Source of the DNA: Crocosphaera sp.
GTDB lineage: Bacteria; Cyanobacteriota; Cyanobacteriia; Cyanobacteriales; Microcystaceae
Assembly: GCA_051439445.1 (NCBI GenBank)
Contig: JBFRWG010000063.1
Coordinates: forward strand, 1-31,401
Direction: 5' to 3'
DNA: 31,401 bases
In this document: in pieces, positions 8,461-18,026 of the stretch
Layout of the letters: each line of letters starts with the position of its first letter
Position numbering within the stretch: position 1 is the stretch's first letter
Translations under genes and position numbers: made by a program
Notes under the pieces: generated by a model
Told to the model about the DNA's origin: nothing
Databases searched by the model: none
What the model saw: only the letters and a program-made list of their open reading frames with translations

Positions 8461-8862
8461 ATGGCTAATAGTCGTCGAGTTTCTCGTGTTTCCTCGTTAA
8501 TTAAGCGAGAAGTCTCTCAAATGATCCTGTTTGATATCAAAGATGATCGTGTTGGTGCCGGAATGGTCAGTATTACTGATGTTGATCTCTCTGGAGACTT
8601 ACAACACGCTAAAATTTTTGTCAGCATCTATGGCACAGAGGAAGCCAAAATTGAAACTATGGAGGGTTTAAAATCTTCTGAAGCTTATGTTAGAAAAGAA
8701 CTAGCACATCGTATTCGTCTCAGACGCGCCCCTGAAGTCACCTTTTTTGAGGATCATGGTATTGAAAGAGGGGATAAAATGCTCCATCTCCTTGACAAAA
8801 TTCGAGAAACGACTCCCCCAGAAAATGAGTCTTTTGATCTAGAAGATGACTACCATAATTAA
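8461..8862 (+). CDS. rbfA: Ribosome-binding factor A (30S maturation factor)
   Basis: N-terminus [32 protein letters not shown]…[23 protein letters not shown]…[29 protein letters not shown] is the typical RbfA pattern. It has an acidic C-terminal tail. Confidence 0.9.
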   Translation: MANSRRVSRVSSLIKREVSQMILFDIKDDRVGAGMVSITDVDLSGDLQHAKIFVSIYGTEEAKIETMEGLKSSEAYVRKELAHRIRLRRAPEVTFFEDHGIERGDKMLHLLDKIRETTPPENESFDLEDDYHN

Positions 8863-8867
8863 TCTTT

Positions 8868-10487
8868 GTGACTAATTTATTACCTGATTGGACTCAGTTT
8901 ACTTTAAAACAAAAGATCGGACAAATGATCGTTGTTCGCGCTTCTGGTCATTTGTTTGATCACCAAATTTCTTACCCCATCTGGGAAGCATCTAACCCTC
9001 AACTCTCCCATTGGTTAGAGACATTAAACCTCGGTGGAATTATTTTATTAGGGGGCAGTGCAGCAGAATTATCCTTAAGAACACAACAGTTACAACAATG
9101 GTCAAAAACCCCTCTCTTTATTGCAGCAGATATTGAGGAAGGTGTAGGACAAAGGTTTAGCGGAGCGACTTATTTTCCCCCACCTATGGCCTTAGGAGAA
9201 ATTGCTAAATCGGATTTACCATTAGCGATAAAATATGCGTATAAAATGGGAGAAGTTACGGCAAAAGAAGCGTTAGGAATTGGCATTAATTGGCTGTTAA
9301 GCCCCATTGTTGATGTGAATAATAACCCTGATAATCCTGTTATTAATATTCGTTCTTTTGCTGATAGTCCAGAGGTAGTTAGTGAGTTAAGTACAGCGTT
9401 TATCAAAGGGGCAAAAAATTATCCTGCTTTAACAACAGCTAAACATTTTCCAGGCCATGGTGATACTAGCAATGATTCTCATCTAGATTTACCAATTATT
9501 AATCATAATAATGAACGTTTAGAACATATAGAATTAGTACCCTTTCAAGCAGCAATTACGGCTAAGGTTGATAGTATTATGACAGCACATTTATTAATTA
9601 GTGCTTGGGATAAACATCATCCTGCTACCTTATCTAAAGCAATTTTAACAGAGAAATTAAGAGAAAAATTGGGCTTTGAGGGATTGATTGTTACTGATGC
9701 TTTAATCATGGGGGGTGTAGCTAAATTTGCTAACTCTGAAGAGATTGCCGTGAAAGCAGTAGAAGCAGGGGCAGATATTTTATTGATGCCAGATAATCCA
9801 GAAATGGCAATTAATGCAGTATATAATGCTGTTAAATCAGAGAGATTAACTGTTGCTAGAATAGACCAATCTCTCAAGAAAATTTGGCGAGCAAAACAGA
9901 AGCTATTTAATCCTACCCATCACCATATCTCCATTGAGCAATTATCTCAAAAAGAAGATAGAGAAACTGTAAAAAATATTATTAACGATTCCCTTAAATA
10001 TAGCGATACTTTGTCCTTAAAAATAAGCTCTGATAGGACAAAACGTAATCTAATTGTCGTTGATGACATTCTCAATGCTGATTTTTTACATCGACAAATG
10101 CCAGCCTTTACTATTCCTAATGTGTTGGGTTATAATTTACAATTAGTTGATCAAAATACCTTGGTTCATCTATTAGAAGATAATAGTAAAACTCTATTAC
10201 AAATTTTCGTAAGAGGTAATCCTTTTCGAGGAAGTGCAGGATTTAATGAAACCTCTAAAGATTGTTACCATAAATTACTTAAAAAGTCAATCGTTGAAGC
10301 ATTAATTATTTATGGAAGTCCCTATGTTTTGGACTGGTTTCAAAGAGAAATGAGTTTAGATATCCCTTGGGTATTTTCCTACGGACAGACAGTAGAAAGT
10401 CAGGCGATCGCTTGTCAAAAATTGTTCAATTTATCAGCATCTAAATTAACTGAAATGTCTCAAAATTTAGGAGATGTTTTTATTTGA
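8868..10487 (+). CDS. nagZ: Glycoside hydrolase family 3 protein, NagZ-like beta-N-acetylhexosaminidase with a C-terminal extension
   Basis: GH3 N-terminal domain motifs are present: IAADIEEGVGQR, SPIVDVNNNPDNPVINIRSF, KHFPGHGDTSNDSHLDLP (Asp-His dyad region) and LIVTDALIMGG. GTG start 5 nt after the rbfA stop, suggesting an operon with rbfA. Confidence 0.85.
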   Translation: MTNLLPDWTQFTLKQKIGQMIVVRASGHLFDHQISYPIWEASNPQLSHWLETLNLGGIILLGGSAAELSLRTQQLQQWSKTPLFIAADIEEGVGQRFSGATYFPPPMALGEIAKSDLPLAIKYAYKMGEVTAKEALGIGINWLLSPIVDVNNNPDNPVINIRSFADSPEVVSELSTAFIKGAKNYPALTTAKHFPGHGDTSNDSHLDLPIINHNNERLEHIELVPFQAAITAKVDSIMTAHLLISAWDKHHPATLSKAILTEKLREKLGFEGLIVTDALIMGGVAKFANSEEIAVKAVEAGADILLMPDNPEMAINAVYNAVKSERLTVARIDQSLKKIWRAKQKLFNPTHHHISIEQLSQKEDRETVKNIINDSLKYSDTLSLKISSDRTKRNLIVVDDILNADFLHRQMPAFTIPNVLGYNLQLVDQNTLVHLLEDNSKTLLQIFVRGNPFRGSAGFNETSKDCYHKLLKKSIVEALIIYGSPYVLDWFQREMSLDIPWVFSYGQTVESQAIACQKLFNLSASKLTEMSQNLGDVFI

Positions 10488-10503
10488 GTCATTTCCTAAT
10501 ATA

Positions 10504-11127
10504 TTACTTTTTTGCTTGAATAACTTGTAAGCTTCCCCCTGCATAGAGTCTTTTTTTACAGTCACTAAAACCGACATTTTTTAACTCATGAATGAGATCA
10601 GTTCCTAACAATCTCCAAGCAGTTTCTGTTTCAAATAACCACATAAATGTCGCCAAAGATGGCCAAAATAAAATATTCTTGGGTTTATGGAGATCAATAA
10701 AGGCAAAAATCCCGCCAGGTTTTAACACTCGATAGACCTCTTTAAGAATTTCTCTTAATTGTTCTGTTTCCATTTCATGCAACGCAACACTACTATGAAC
10801 TAAGTTAAATTCTTCCTCAGAAAATGGAATTTTTTCAGCCAAAGCTTCTATATAAGTTGCCTCAGGAACAATTTTTTTAGCCCTTTCAATCGCTATAGAA
10901 GAAGCATCAAGCCCCGTAACTTGTGAAGACTTTTTGACTAAAAATTGAGTGGTTTGACCACTACCACAACAGAGGTCTAAAATTTTAGTATTGGCATCAA
11001 TTTTTATCCCTTCAAGACATAAACCACGAAATCTCTTTTCTCCTCCTACTACTAAAGAACTAAAACGTGAAATGGTATTATATAACCAAGGATATTGATA
11101 ACTTAACGGTCTTAAAAAAGTTGCCAT
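10504..11127 (-). CDS. Class I SAM-dependent methyltransferase (Methyltransf_11-type)
   Basis: SAM-binding motif I ILDLCCGSGQTT, post-I acidic residue (GLDAS) and VLKPGGIFAFIDL (motif III-like). Confidence 0.85.
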   Translation of the reverse strand: MATFLRPLSYQYPWLYNTISRFSSLVVGGEKRFRGLCLEGIKIDANTKILDLCCGSGQTTQFLVKKSSQVTGLDASSIAIERAKKIVPEATYIEALAEKIPFSEEEFNLVHSSVALHEMETEQLREILKEVYRVLKPGGIFAFIDLHKPKNILFWPSLATFMWLFETETAWRLLGTDLIHELKNVGFSDCKKRLYAGGSLQVIQAKK

Positions 11128-11408
11128 TTAAAAAAATAAAAATAGTTTAACAATTGCGTCCTGCTTATTACTGTTTGTATAGTAACATAAAGCCCTTCTC
11201 TATGACAGAAAAAACAGGTTTTAAACCTCCCCTTGAAAGGGGATGAAAAGCGGTCGAGGGATGGCAAAGTATCCTCCCCATATCATAATCGACCAAGAAA
11301 AGAAAAATCTTCCTTGTCTCAAACCTCCAACTTGAGGTTAGGGTAATTCTAAATTCTGATTGCTATATCATGATAAAATAAATATAAATATTTTATTAAG
11401 GAGTTTTT

Positions 11409-11657
11409 ATGTTTGAGGGAGTTAACTTTGATTATTTACTAGAAGAAGAAGTCATTGAAGCTAAAAATCATGAAAAACTTTCCTTTCAAGAAGGATTATT
11501 TGTGAAACTTCTGGAAGGGGTTAAAGAGGATCTCATCGGTTATGGAGTCATTCAAACAGATGATAATGAACAAAAAGGAGTCATTTTACTCCGAGATCCT
11601 CATACCAATCAGCAAATTATTCTTGGTTATCTTTCCAATGAACTACAAACGATCTAA
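11409..11657 (+). CDS. Small acidic hypothetical protein (82 aa)
   Basis: Strong Shine-Dalgarno AAGGAG 5 nt upstream of the ATG. Clean ORF with no recognisable family. Convergent with the PEP-utilizing enzyme gene. Confidence 0.5.
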   Translation: MFEGVNFDYLLEEEVIEAKNHEKLSFQEGLFVKLLEGVKEDLIGYGVIQTDDNEQKGVILLRDPHTNQQIILGYLSNELQTI

Positions 11658-11696
11658 TCATTTGATTGACTAAAAGAGTGAACGAACTTCTCCGCT

Positions 11697-13988
11697 TTAA
11701 AACCTCATCTTTTCCCTAGCATAGTCTAAAATTAATCTTTTTTCTACACGGGCGATCGCCTCATAAGTAGTTTCAACAGCTTCAGGTTCAACAGAGATAT
11801 GGGTGATTCCCCATGAGACTAAATGCTCAATTATATTAGTAGAATTAACCACAATTTGACCGCAAATGGAACTGGGTATTTGTAGTCGTTTAGCTTCTAA
11901 AACTAGCTGTTTTAAAGCATTAAAAACAGCAGATTGATAAGCAGAAGAAAAATGTTCACCGTAGATTTTATTCCGTTCTATTCCTAATAATAAGGGAATT
12001 AAATCATTCGTGCCAATGGCAATCCCTTGAACCCCTGCTTTCACATAATTCGAGAGTTCAAAAATAACGGAAGGTACTTCTGCCATGATCCATACTTGAA
12101 AATCAGGAGAAGCAGTTAATTGAAACCCTTTAATTAACTCAAGGGACAAGCGAAATTCATCAACTGTTCTCACAAAAGGCAAAATAATATTAAGATTGTT
12201 ATACCCTTGTTGTTGCACTTGTAATAAAGCTTGTAATTCCAAGCAGAATAGGTTTGAATCAAGACAATACCCTGCTGTTCCTCTGCGATCTTGATCAACT
12301 GAAAACTTATCATCAAAGGTTCGGTAAAAAATAGGACAAGGGGCAAAAAAATCAGCAAATTCAGTTATTCTTTGTGTCAGTTTAGCAATGATATTTTGCT
12401 GTTGAGAATGACGAAGCCATTCCTTTAAAGGTTGAGGCGTACATAAATCTAATAACATTAATTCTGAACGAACCAAACCTAATCCATCTAAGGGTAAACC
12501 CATAACTTTTTTTAAGGAACTGGGTTGACTTAAATTAACCATTAATCTAGTCCCAATGGGATAATTAAAAGCTGTTGATCGAGATAACAAAGGTTTTTCA
12601 AGGCTCATTTTTTCTTCATTTAATGTATTCAAAGAAATAGTGCCTGTATCTCCATCAAGTAGGATAGAATCTCCTGTTTGTAACCAACTGGTTGCCCCAG
12701 GAATACTCACCACAGCAGGAATACCTAGCTCCCTGGCTAAAATAGCTGCATGACTCGTAATTCCACCTTCTTCTGTAATGATTCCTGATGCTTGTTTGAG
12801 GGAAGATAGTTGAAAGGGATGAATTTTTTGAGCAACAATAATACCCTTGGTTAACTCAGTTGAATCACTGTTGTGATCAAGGAGATGAACAATACCTTGA
12901 ATCCTTCCTGGAGATGCAGCAACCCCTTGTAACTGGGATTGGGAGCTAGCAGTGATGGTTGCTGGTTTTGTCTCTTGAAATGACAGATTATAAGGAGATT
13001 GAATTAATTGCGTGATTGCTATTTGTGGCGATGAATCTTCAGCAGAATGGTAGCATATCCATTCTAAAGAAGACCAATCCATGAAAGATTTTTGCAACTT
13101 TTTATTAATTTGAAATATTTGAGAAATACCCTCAGTATCTAAGCAGTATTCATCCTGCTGCCTAGGGCTGACTAAATAAGATTCTAAACAATTTTTATCT
13201 GTTATTTTATTATTTTTTAACCGATAGGCACAAGGCTTTTTGCCTATTTTTTTCTCAATAATATCCCCCGATAAACTATTTATTTTCCAGTAATCCGCTA
13301 AGATTTTTCCTTGAAGTAAACTATGACCTAAACCCCAGTTTCCCTGTATTTTAATAGAGTTATAATGATTAATACTCACACCAGAAGAAATTGCGTCTAC
13401 CATCGGTTGTACTAGAATTGCTAAGTTTAACTGTTCAATTTTAATACCAAGACGTTGCCAATAAAACAAACTTTTTGCATTTAGCAATTGGCTCCAAATT
13501 TCCTTAATTGCTATTTCTAAATTTTCACCAATATTCCAGCAAACTTGCGCAGGAGCTAAACCAGAAATATCTTGATTTCGTGAGAAATTTCCACTTAAAG
13601 AAGTTCGGAGAATCAATGAACTACTATCTAACTTTGCTGTTGCTTGTTCTAATAGTTCTTTCCAGTGATCAGGGAATGATAAACTTAAAATAGACTGACG
13701 ACTTTGCTGGGCAACGGACTGTAATATTCGAGGATTATCTACGTCTAAATGAAGAGATGACTCTGGAAAATCTGCTAGTAATGAATTCACATCATTCAAG
13801 TTTTCTAAAAACGCTTTAAATGTGTTTGAACTAATGACAAAACCAGGAAAAATAGGATAGCCACTTTGCAGAAGCTGGCTCAATGTCCATGCTTTTTCCC
13901 CAATAATAGGACGAATTTGGGGGTTAACCTCAGACAGCCAATAAAGCTTAATCACTGTAATAACAAAAACCCTAAATGCAACTAACAA
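11697..13988 (-). CDS. PEP-utilizing enzyme family protein (PpsA/PPDK-like three-domain architecture; often annotated as a putative PEP-binding protein)
   Basis: N-terminal PPDK_N-like region (IGEKAWTLSQLLQSGYPIFPGFVISSNTF), central swivel phosphohistidine motif (GGITSHAAILARELGIPAV) and C-terminal PEP-utilizer TIM-barrel motif (GIAIGTNDLIPLLLG). The likely true start is GTG at 13955 (VIKLYWLSE…), 11 codons inside the maximal ORF. Confidence 0.85.
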   Translation of the reverse strand: MLVAFRVFVITVIKLYWLSEVNPQIRPIIGEKAWTLSQLLQSGYPIFPGFVISSNTFKAFLENLNDVNSLLADFPESSLHLDVDNPRILQSVAQQSRQSILSLSFPDHWKELLEQATAKLDSSSLILRTSLSGNFSRNQDISGLAPAQVCWNIGENLEIAIKEIWSQLLNAKSLFYWQRLGIKIEQLNLAILVQPMVDAISSGVSINHYNSIKIQGNWGLGHSLLQGKILADYWKINSLSGDIIEKKIGKKPCAYRLKNNKITDKNCLESYLVSPRQQDEYCLDTEGISQIFQINKKLQKSFMDWSSLEWICYHSAEDSSPQIAITQLIQSPYNLSFQETKPATITASSQSQLQGVAASPGRIQGIVHLLDHNSDSTELTKGIIVAQKIHPFQLSSLKQASGIITEEGGITSHAAILARELGIPAVVSIPGATSWLQTGDSILLDGDTGTISLNTLNEEKMSLEKPLLSRSTAFNYPIGTRLMVNLSQPSSLKKVMGLPLDGLGLVRSELMLLDLCTPQPLKEWLRHSQQQNIIAKLTQRITEFADFFAPCPIFYRTFDDKFSVDQDRRGTAGYCLDSNLFCLELQALLQVQQQGYNNLNIILPFVRTVDEFRLSLELIKGFQLTASPDFQVWIMAEVPSVIFELSNYVKAGVQGIAIGTNDLIPLLLGIERNKIYGEHFSSAYQSAVFNALKQLVLEAKRLQIPSSICGQIVVNSTNIIEHLVSWGITHISVEPEAVETTYEAIARVEKRLILDYAREKMRF

Positions 13989-14163
13989 TTAAAACGTTAA
14001 ACAAACCTTTATAATCACACCCTCCATCTATTGTCATCATATCATGACAAATTAGGTAATGACAATGATATATTGAGAATTTATTGCCATTAGCGGTTAC
14101 ACTACATAACCAGTATATCCGTTTAAATTTATATTTATCTATAAACACTAATGACTTTCATCT

Positions 14164-16293
14164 ATGAATACAGCTAATTTTATGAGGAGTTTTTATCTTC
14201 TGACAGACCTTTGCAAATCAATCAAGACTCATATCAGACAACAAATACTTCCGAGACTCACTGAGGGGAAATACTTATCAATCCTATGGAACAATTGTAT
14301 GAGAGGGTTTGTCGTCCGCAGTTTTATCCTCTTCTTAACAACCCTGCTGATTAGTATCACTTGGACACCGATAACCGTAGGACAACTCCCTGTGCTTAGT
14401 GCCTCCAATAATAGCAGTATTAAAACGGAAACTCCCTGGTGGGATGTCAACAAAGCACAACGTTGTGGACGACTGTGGTGTAGTGAGGTTCATTTATTTG
14501 GAGGTTTGGACAAAATTTTTAAGGTTGCTGTTGACAATCCTGACGATGCTGCTGTTAAGGTTGAAGAAAGGGCTAGGAAGATACAAACCATTTATGATTC
14601 AATTTATGATCGGGTTCGCCAGTCTGAATTCATGCTTCAAGATCATCTTAGCACATCGACCTTTGGTGCGATTAAGAATTGGCAGAATTTATTTTTTAAT
14701 CGAGATAAGTTAGGAAAACATCCTGCTACACCAAAAATTGAAATTGGAATTAGAAATAATCAAACTGTTGTTTTTGTTCCCCGACAACTTGAGTTAGGGT
14801 TATCAGCACAAACGATTGTAACAGTTAATCGTGCTGATCAGCTTCATCAAGGGAAATTAATTGATGATATTGCGCAAGAATGGAGAGGATTAATTTCTGA
14901 TAGTATTAATCAGGCACTTTGGGCTTATGAAATTGATCAATCTTATCCCTTTGCTAGAGTAGGAATAGCCATTATTCTTGTCTTTCTTCTTGCCATTCCT
15001 TTAATTATTATAGGGGTATTTCGTCACATTTTAAAAATTTGGAATCGCTATCTTCGTCATCAATTAAGAGAATTACAAGAAGCCTTAACTATTGATGCAG
15101 AATCTTTGGCTTCTGAAGAATTCTCTACCTCAGATATTATAGATGAAACGGCTGAAAATAGACCTAGTAATCATCAAATTACTAGGCTGAATAAACAAGA
15201 AATATTAGAAGTTTTTAAAAAAATAATTCATAGGCCCAATAAAGCCTTAGCTAAAGCCAGACAAATCGTTGAAAACACGGTTCAAAATCTGAGTCATAAC
15301 TTGCCCAATTTATCATTAAAAAGACAAGGGATTATTAAACAACAGCAAAATATTGCTCAATTATTTCTAGGATTATTTTTTTGGATACAAATCTTTCTTA
15401 TTTTCTTAGCGTTGACATTAATTGTTTTACTATTTCCTGAAACTCGTCGTTATACTTATTTCTTTTTAGGACAATCTATCGCTATTCCTTTAATTTGGAT
15501 GTCCGCTAATATAGGGGATAAATTGAGTAATTTGTTAATTGATTACTCTCTTAATAAATGGGCGAGAGAAGCACAATTAATTAACCCAAACTCTAATCGT
15601 TATACCTTACGAGTTAGCACCTATTCTAATGCTCTAAAAAGTGGCTCAACCTTTCTTTTTATAGTTATTGCTACAGCAGTAACTGTTACGTTTCTAGGCA
15701 TTGATTTAACTGTATTAGCCAGTGTAGGAAGTGTGGCTTTTGTCTTTGCATTTTTATCTCGAAATGTAGTAGAAGATATGCTCAATGGGATCTTAATTCT
15801 ATGGACAGATCGTTATGCCATTGGGGATGTGATTCAAGTGGGAACTGTCTGCGGATTTGTCGAAAATATGAACATTTATATAACACAAATTAGAGGTTCA
15901 GAAGGACGTTTAGTCACCATTCCTAATAGTAAGATTTCTATTGTTGAAAATTTAACTAAAGATTGGTCAAGGGTTGAATTTAAAATAGAAATTGCTTATG
16001 ATGCTGATGTCAGAAAAGCATTAACTGTCATTAGTAAGGTAAGTGAAGAAATACAAAAGGATCCTATCTGGAAAGATAAAATTATTGAACCGCCCGCTAT
16101 TTTAGGGGTTGATAATGTTTCCCATCAAGGCATCTTAATTCAAGTTTGGATTAAAACACAAGCAATGCAACAATGGGCCATAGGACGAGAGTTTCGCTTA
16201 AGGGTAAAAGAAGCTTTTGAAATAGCAGGAATTAAATTAGGTATTCCTCATCAAGAAGTTAGATATCAAGCCTATTCTTCCATAGATAATTAA
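14164..16293 (+). CDS. Large MscS-family mechanosensitive ion channel, paralog of 1703..3796
   Basis: MscS core FLSRNVVEDMLNGILILWTDRYAIGDVIQVGTVCGFVENMNIYITQIRGSEGRLVTIPNSKISIVENLTKDWSRV. N-terminal domain motifs are shared with the first copy. By alignment to the paralog the real start is probably ATG 14299 (MRGFVVRSFILFLTTLL…), 45 codons inside the maximal ORF. Confidence 0.9.
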   Translation: MNTANFMRSFYLLTDLCKSIKTHIRQQILPRLTEGKYLSILWNNCMRGFVVRSFILFLTTLLISITWTPITVGQLPVLSASNNSSIKTETPWWDVNKAQRCGRLWCSEVHLFGGLDKIFKVAVDNPDDAAVKVEERARKIQTIYDSIYDRVRQSEFMLQDHLSTSTFGAIKNWQNLFFNRDKLGKHPATPKIEIGIRNNQTVVFVPRQLELGLSAQTIVTVNRADQLHQGKLIDDIAQEWRGLISDSINQALWAYEIDQSYPFARVGIAIILVFLLAIPLIIIGVFRHILKIWNRYLRHQLRELQEALTIDAESLASEEFSTSDIIDETAENRPSNHQITRLNKQEILEVFKKIIHRPNKALAKARQIVENTVQNLSHNLPNLSLKRQGIIKQQQNIAQLFLGLFFWIQIFLIFLALTLIVLLFPETRRYTYFFLGQSIAIPLIWMSANIGDKLSNLLIDYSLNKWAREAQLINPNSNRYTLRVSTYSNALKSGSTFLFIVIATAVTVTFLGIDLTVLASVGSVAFVFAFLSRNVVEDMLNGILILWTDRYAIGDVIQVGTVCGFVENMNIYITQIRGSEGRLVTIPNSKISIVENLTKDWSRVEFKIEIAYDADVRKALTVISKVSEEIQKDPIWKDKIIEPPAILGVDNVSHQGILIQVWIKTQAMQQWAIGREFRLRVKEAFEIAGIKLGIPHQEVRYQAYSSIDN

Positions 16294-16297
16294 TACT

Positions 16298-16654
16298 ATG
16301 ATTTTTCACATTACCACTCCCGAAACTTGGCAAAAAGCCAAACAAAATAAGGTCTATAAATGCGATTCTTTAGAAACAGAAGGCTTTATTCACTGTGCTA
16401 CTAAATCTCAAGTTTTAACCATTGCTAACACATTTTATAGTAACTATGAGCAACTAATTATTCTTATCATAAACCCTGATAAATTACTTGCCAAGCTTCA
16501 ATGGGAATCTCCTATACATCCCAATCCTAATCTTGCTGAAAATATTGATGATTCTCAGAAATTTCCTCATATCTATGGGGTTATAAATCTGGATGCTATT
16601 GAAGAAATTATCCAGTTGTGTAAAAATAAACAAGGTTTTTTTGACTCCCTATAA
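16298..16654 (+). CDS. DUF952 domain protein
   Basis: MIFHITTPETW…GFIHCATKSQV…FPHIYGVINLDAI matches the DUF952 pattern as I recall it (GFIHxS…Q… and FPHxYGxL). Starts 4 nt after the MscS paralog stop. Confidence 0.7.
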   Translation: MIFHITTPETWQKAKQNKVYKCDSLETEGFIHCATKSQVLTIANTFYSNYEQLIILIINPDKLLAKLQWESPIHPNPNLAENIDDSQKFPHIYGVINLDAIEEIIQLCKNKQGFFDSL

Positions 16655-16680
16655 CATCATTATATTTTGTTTTAAAAAAG

Positions 16681-17892
16681 ATGCTGGAACGTTTAATATC
16701 TTTATTAGGTTTAATCGGATTTGTTGCCTTCGCTTATTCTCTTTCTTCTAACCGCACTGCCATTCGTTGGACCACAGTAGCATGGGGAATAGGACTACAG
16801 TTTTTTCTCGGAATCTTTATTTTAAAAACCCCTATTGGAATAACTATTTTTCAATGGCTAGGTAACATCATAAAAACTTTTTTAGATTATTCTGATGAAG
16901 GAGCTAGATTTGTCTTTGGAGAAAGCTTTGAAGAACATTTTATTGCTTTTAAAGTATTACCAACAATTATTTTTTTTGCCTCATTTATTGCCATCTTATA
17001 CCATTACGGGATTTTACCGAAAATGGTTAATATTATTAGTAAAATAATGATGCGTACTATGAAAACATCCGGGGCTGAAACCTTAAGTTGTGCTTCTAAT
17101 ATTTTTGTCGGTTGTACAGAAGCTCCCTTAATGATTAAACCTTATATAAAATCCCTAACTTTATCAGAATTACACGCTATTATGACAGGGGGTTTTGCTA
17201 CTATCGCTGGAGGCGTAATGGCCGCATATATTGCCATGGGAATTTCTCCAACTCACTTAATTTCTGCTTCTGTAATGTCTGCTCCTGCTGCTTTAGCTAT
17301 CTCTAAAATTATGTACCCCGAAACGAATAAATCTGAAACCAGTGGGGACATTAAGATAGACCTAAAAACCCCCTATGCTAATGCCATTGATGCAGCCACA
17401 AATGGTGCCTTAGAAGGACTGAAATTAGCCTTAAATGTAGCAGCAATGTTAATTGCTATTTTAGGATTAGTTGCTTTAGGAAATGGTATTCTAGGAGCAA
17501 TAGGTCAACCCCTAGGAATACAAAACTTATCCTTAGAATTCATCTTTTCTTATTTACTATCTCCCTTAGCTTGGTTAATGGGAATACCTTGGCAAGATTG
17601 CTTACAAGTAGGAATCTTATTGGGGAAAAAAACAATTTTAAATGAATTTATTGCTTACCTAGATTTAAAAACATTAATTGAAGAAGAAACCATTTCCCAA
17701 CGCAGTCAAACCATTGCCACCTACGCATTATGTGGTTTTTCTAACTTAGGAACCATTGGTATTCAGGTTGGAGGAATCACTGCGATCGCCCCTAGTCGTC
17801 AACCAGACTTAGCTAAACTAGGACTGAGAAGCATGATTGCAGGATCATTAGCGTGTTTTATGACTGCTTGTATTGCTGGACTTTTTTTGTAA
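16681..17892 (+). CDS. nupC: NupC/NupG-family concentrative nucleoside transporter (CNT)
   Basis: Polytopic membrane protein of 403 aa. N-terminus MLERLISLLGLIGFVAFAYSLSSNRTAIRWTTVAWGIGLQFFLGIFILKT, together with …GAETLSCASNIFVGCTEAPLMIKPY… and …FSNLGTIGIQVGG…, are typical CNT/NupC signatures. Confidence 0.85.
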   Translation: MLERLISLLGLIGFVAFAYSLSSNRTAIRWTTVAWGIGLQFFLGIFILKTPIGITIFQWLGNIIKTFLDYSDEGARFVFGESFEEHFIAFKVLPTIIFFASFIAILYHYGILPKMVNIISKIMMRTMKTSGAETLSCASNIFVGCTEAPLMIKPYIKSLTLSELHAIMTGGFATIAGGVMAAYIAMGISPTHLISASVMSAPAALAISKIMYPETNKSETSGDIKIDLKTPYANAIDAATNGALEGLKLALNVAAMLIAILGLVALGNGILGAIGQPLGIQNLSLEFIFSYLLSPLAWLMGIPWQDCLQVGILLGKKTILNEFIAYLDLKTLIEEETISQRSQTIATYALCGFSNLGTIGIQVGGITAIAPSRQPDLAKLGLRSMIAGSLACFMTACIAGLFL

Positions 17893-17901
17893 TATTTCTT
17901 T

Positions 17902-17926
17902 AACTTTTAAAGATCATCTAAAAGTT
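17902..17926 (+). terminator. Weak AT-rich hairpin just downstream of the nucleoside transporter gene
   Basis: aactttta (17902..17909) pairs with taaaagtt (17919..17926) across a 9-nt loop. It starts 10 nt after the stop. All pairs but one are A-T and no U-tract follows. Confidence 0.25.
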
Positions 17927-18026
17927 TCTCAGATCACAGCCATTTTGAGTAATTTGTGCTATCTTGTTCCACAGTCGGTTTAAACCTTTAAATTTTAACT
18001 TTTGTATACTTAGAGGCGTAATATTT

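Noticed and set aside
9170-9877. Two minus-strand ORFs (9170..9406, 9617..9877) inside the GH3 gene
   Set aside because: They are shadow ORFs antisense to a CDS with clear GH3 motifs.
12170-13693. ORFs 12170..12358 (-) and 13508..13693 (+) within the PEP-utilizing enzyme gene
   Set aside because: One is out of frame and the other antisense to the 763-aa CDS. Neither has a motif or an RBS.
14229-14713. ORFs 14229..14453 (-) and 14399..14713 (+) within the second MscS gene
   Set aside because: They are alternative-frame or antisense ORFs inside a CDS whose frame is confirmed by paralog alignment.
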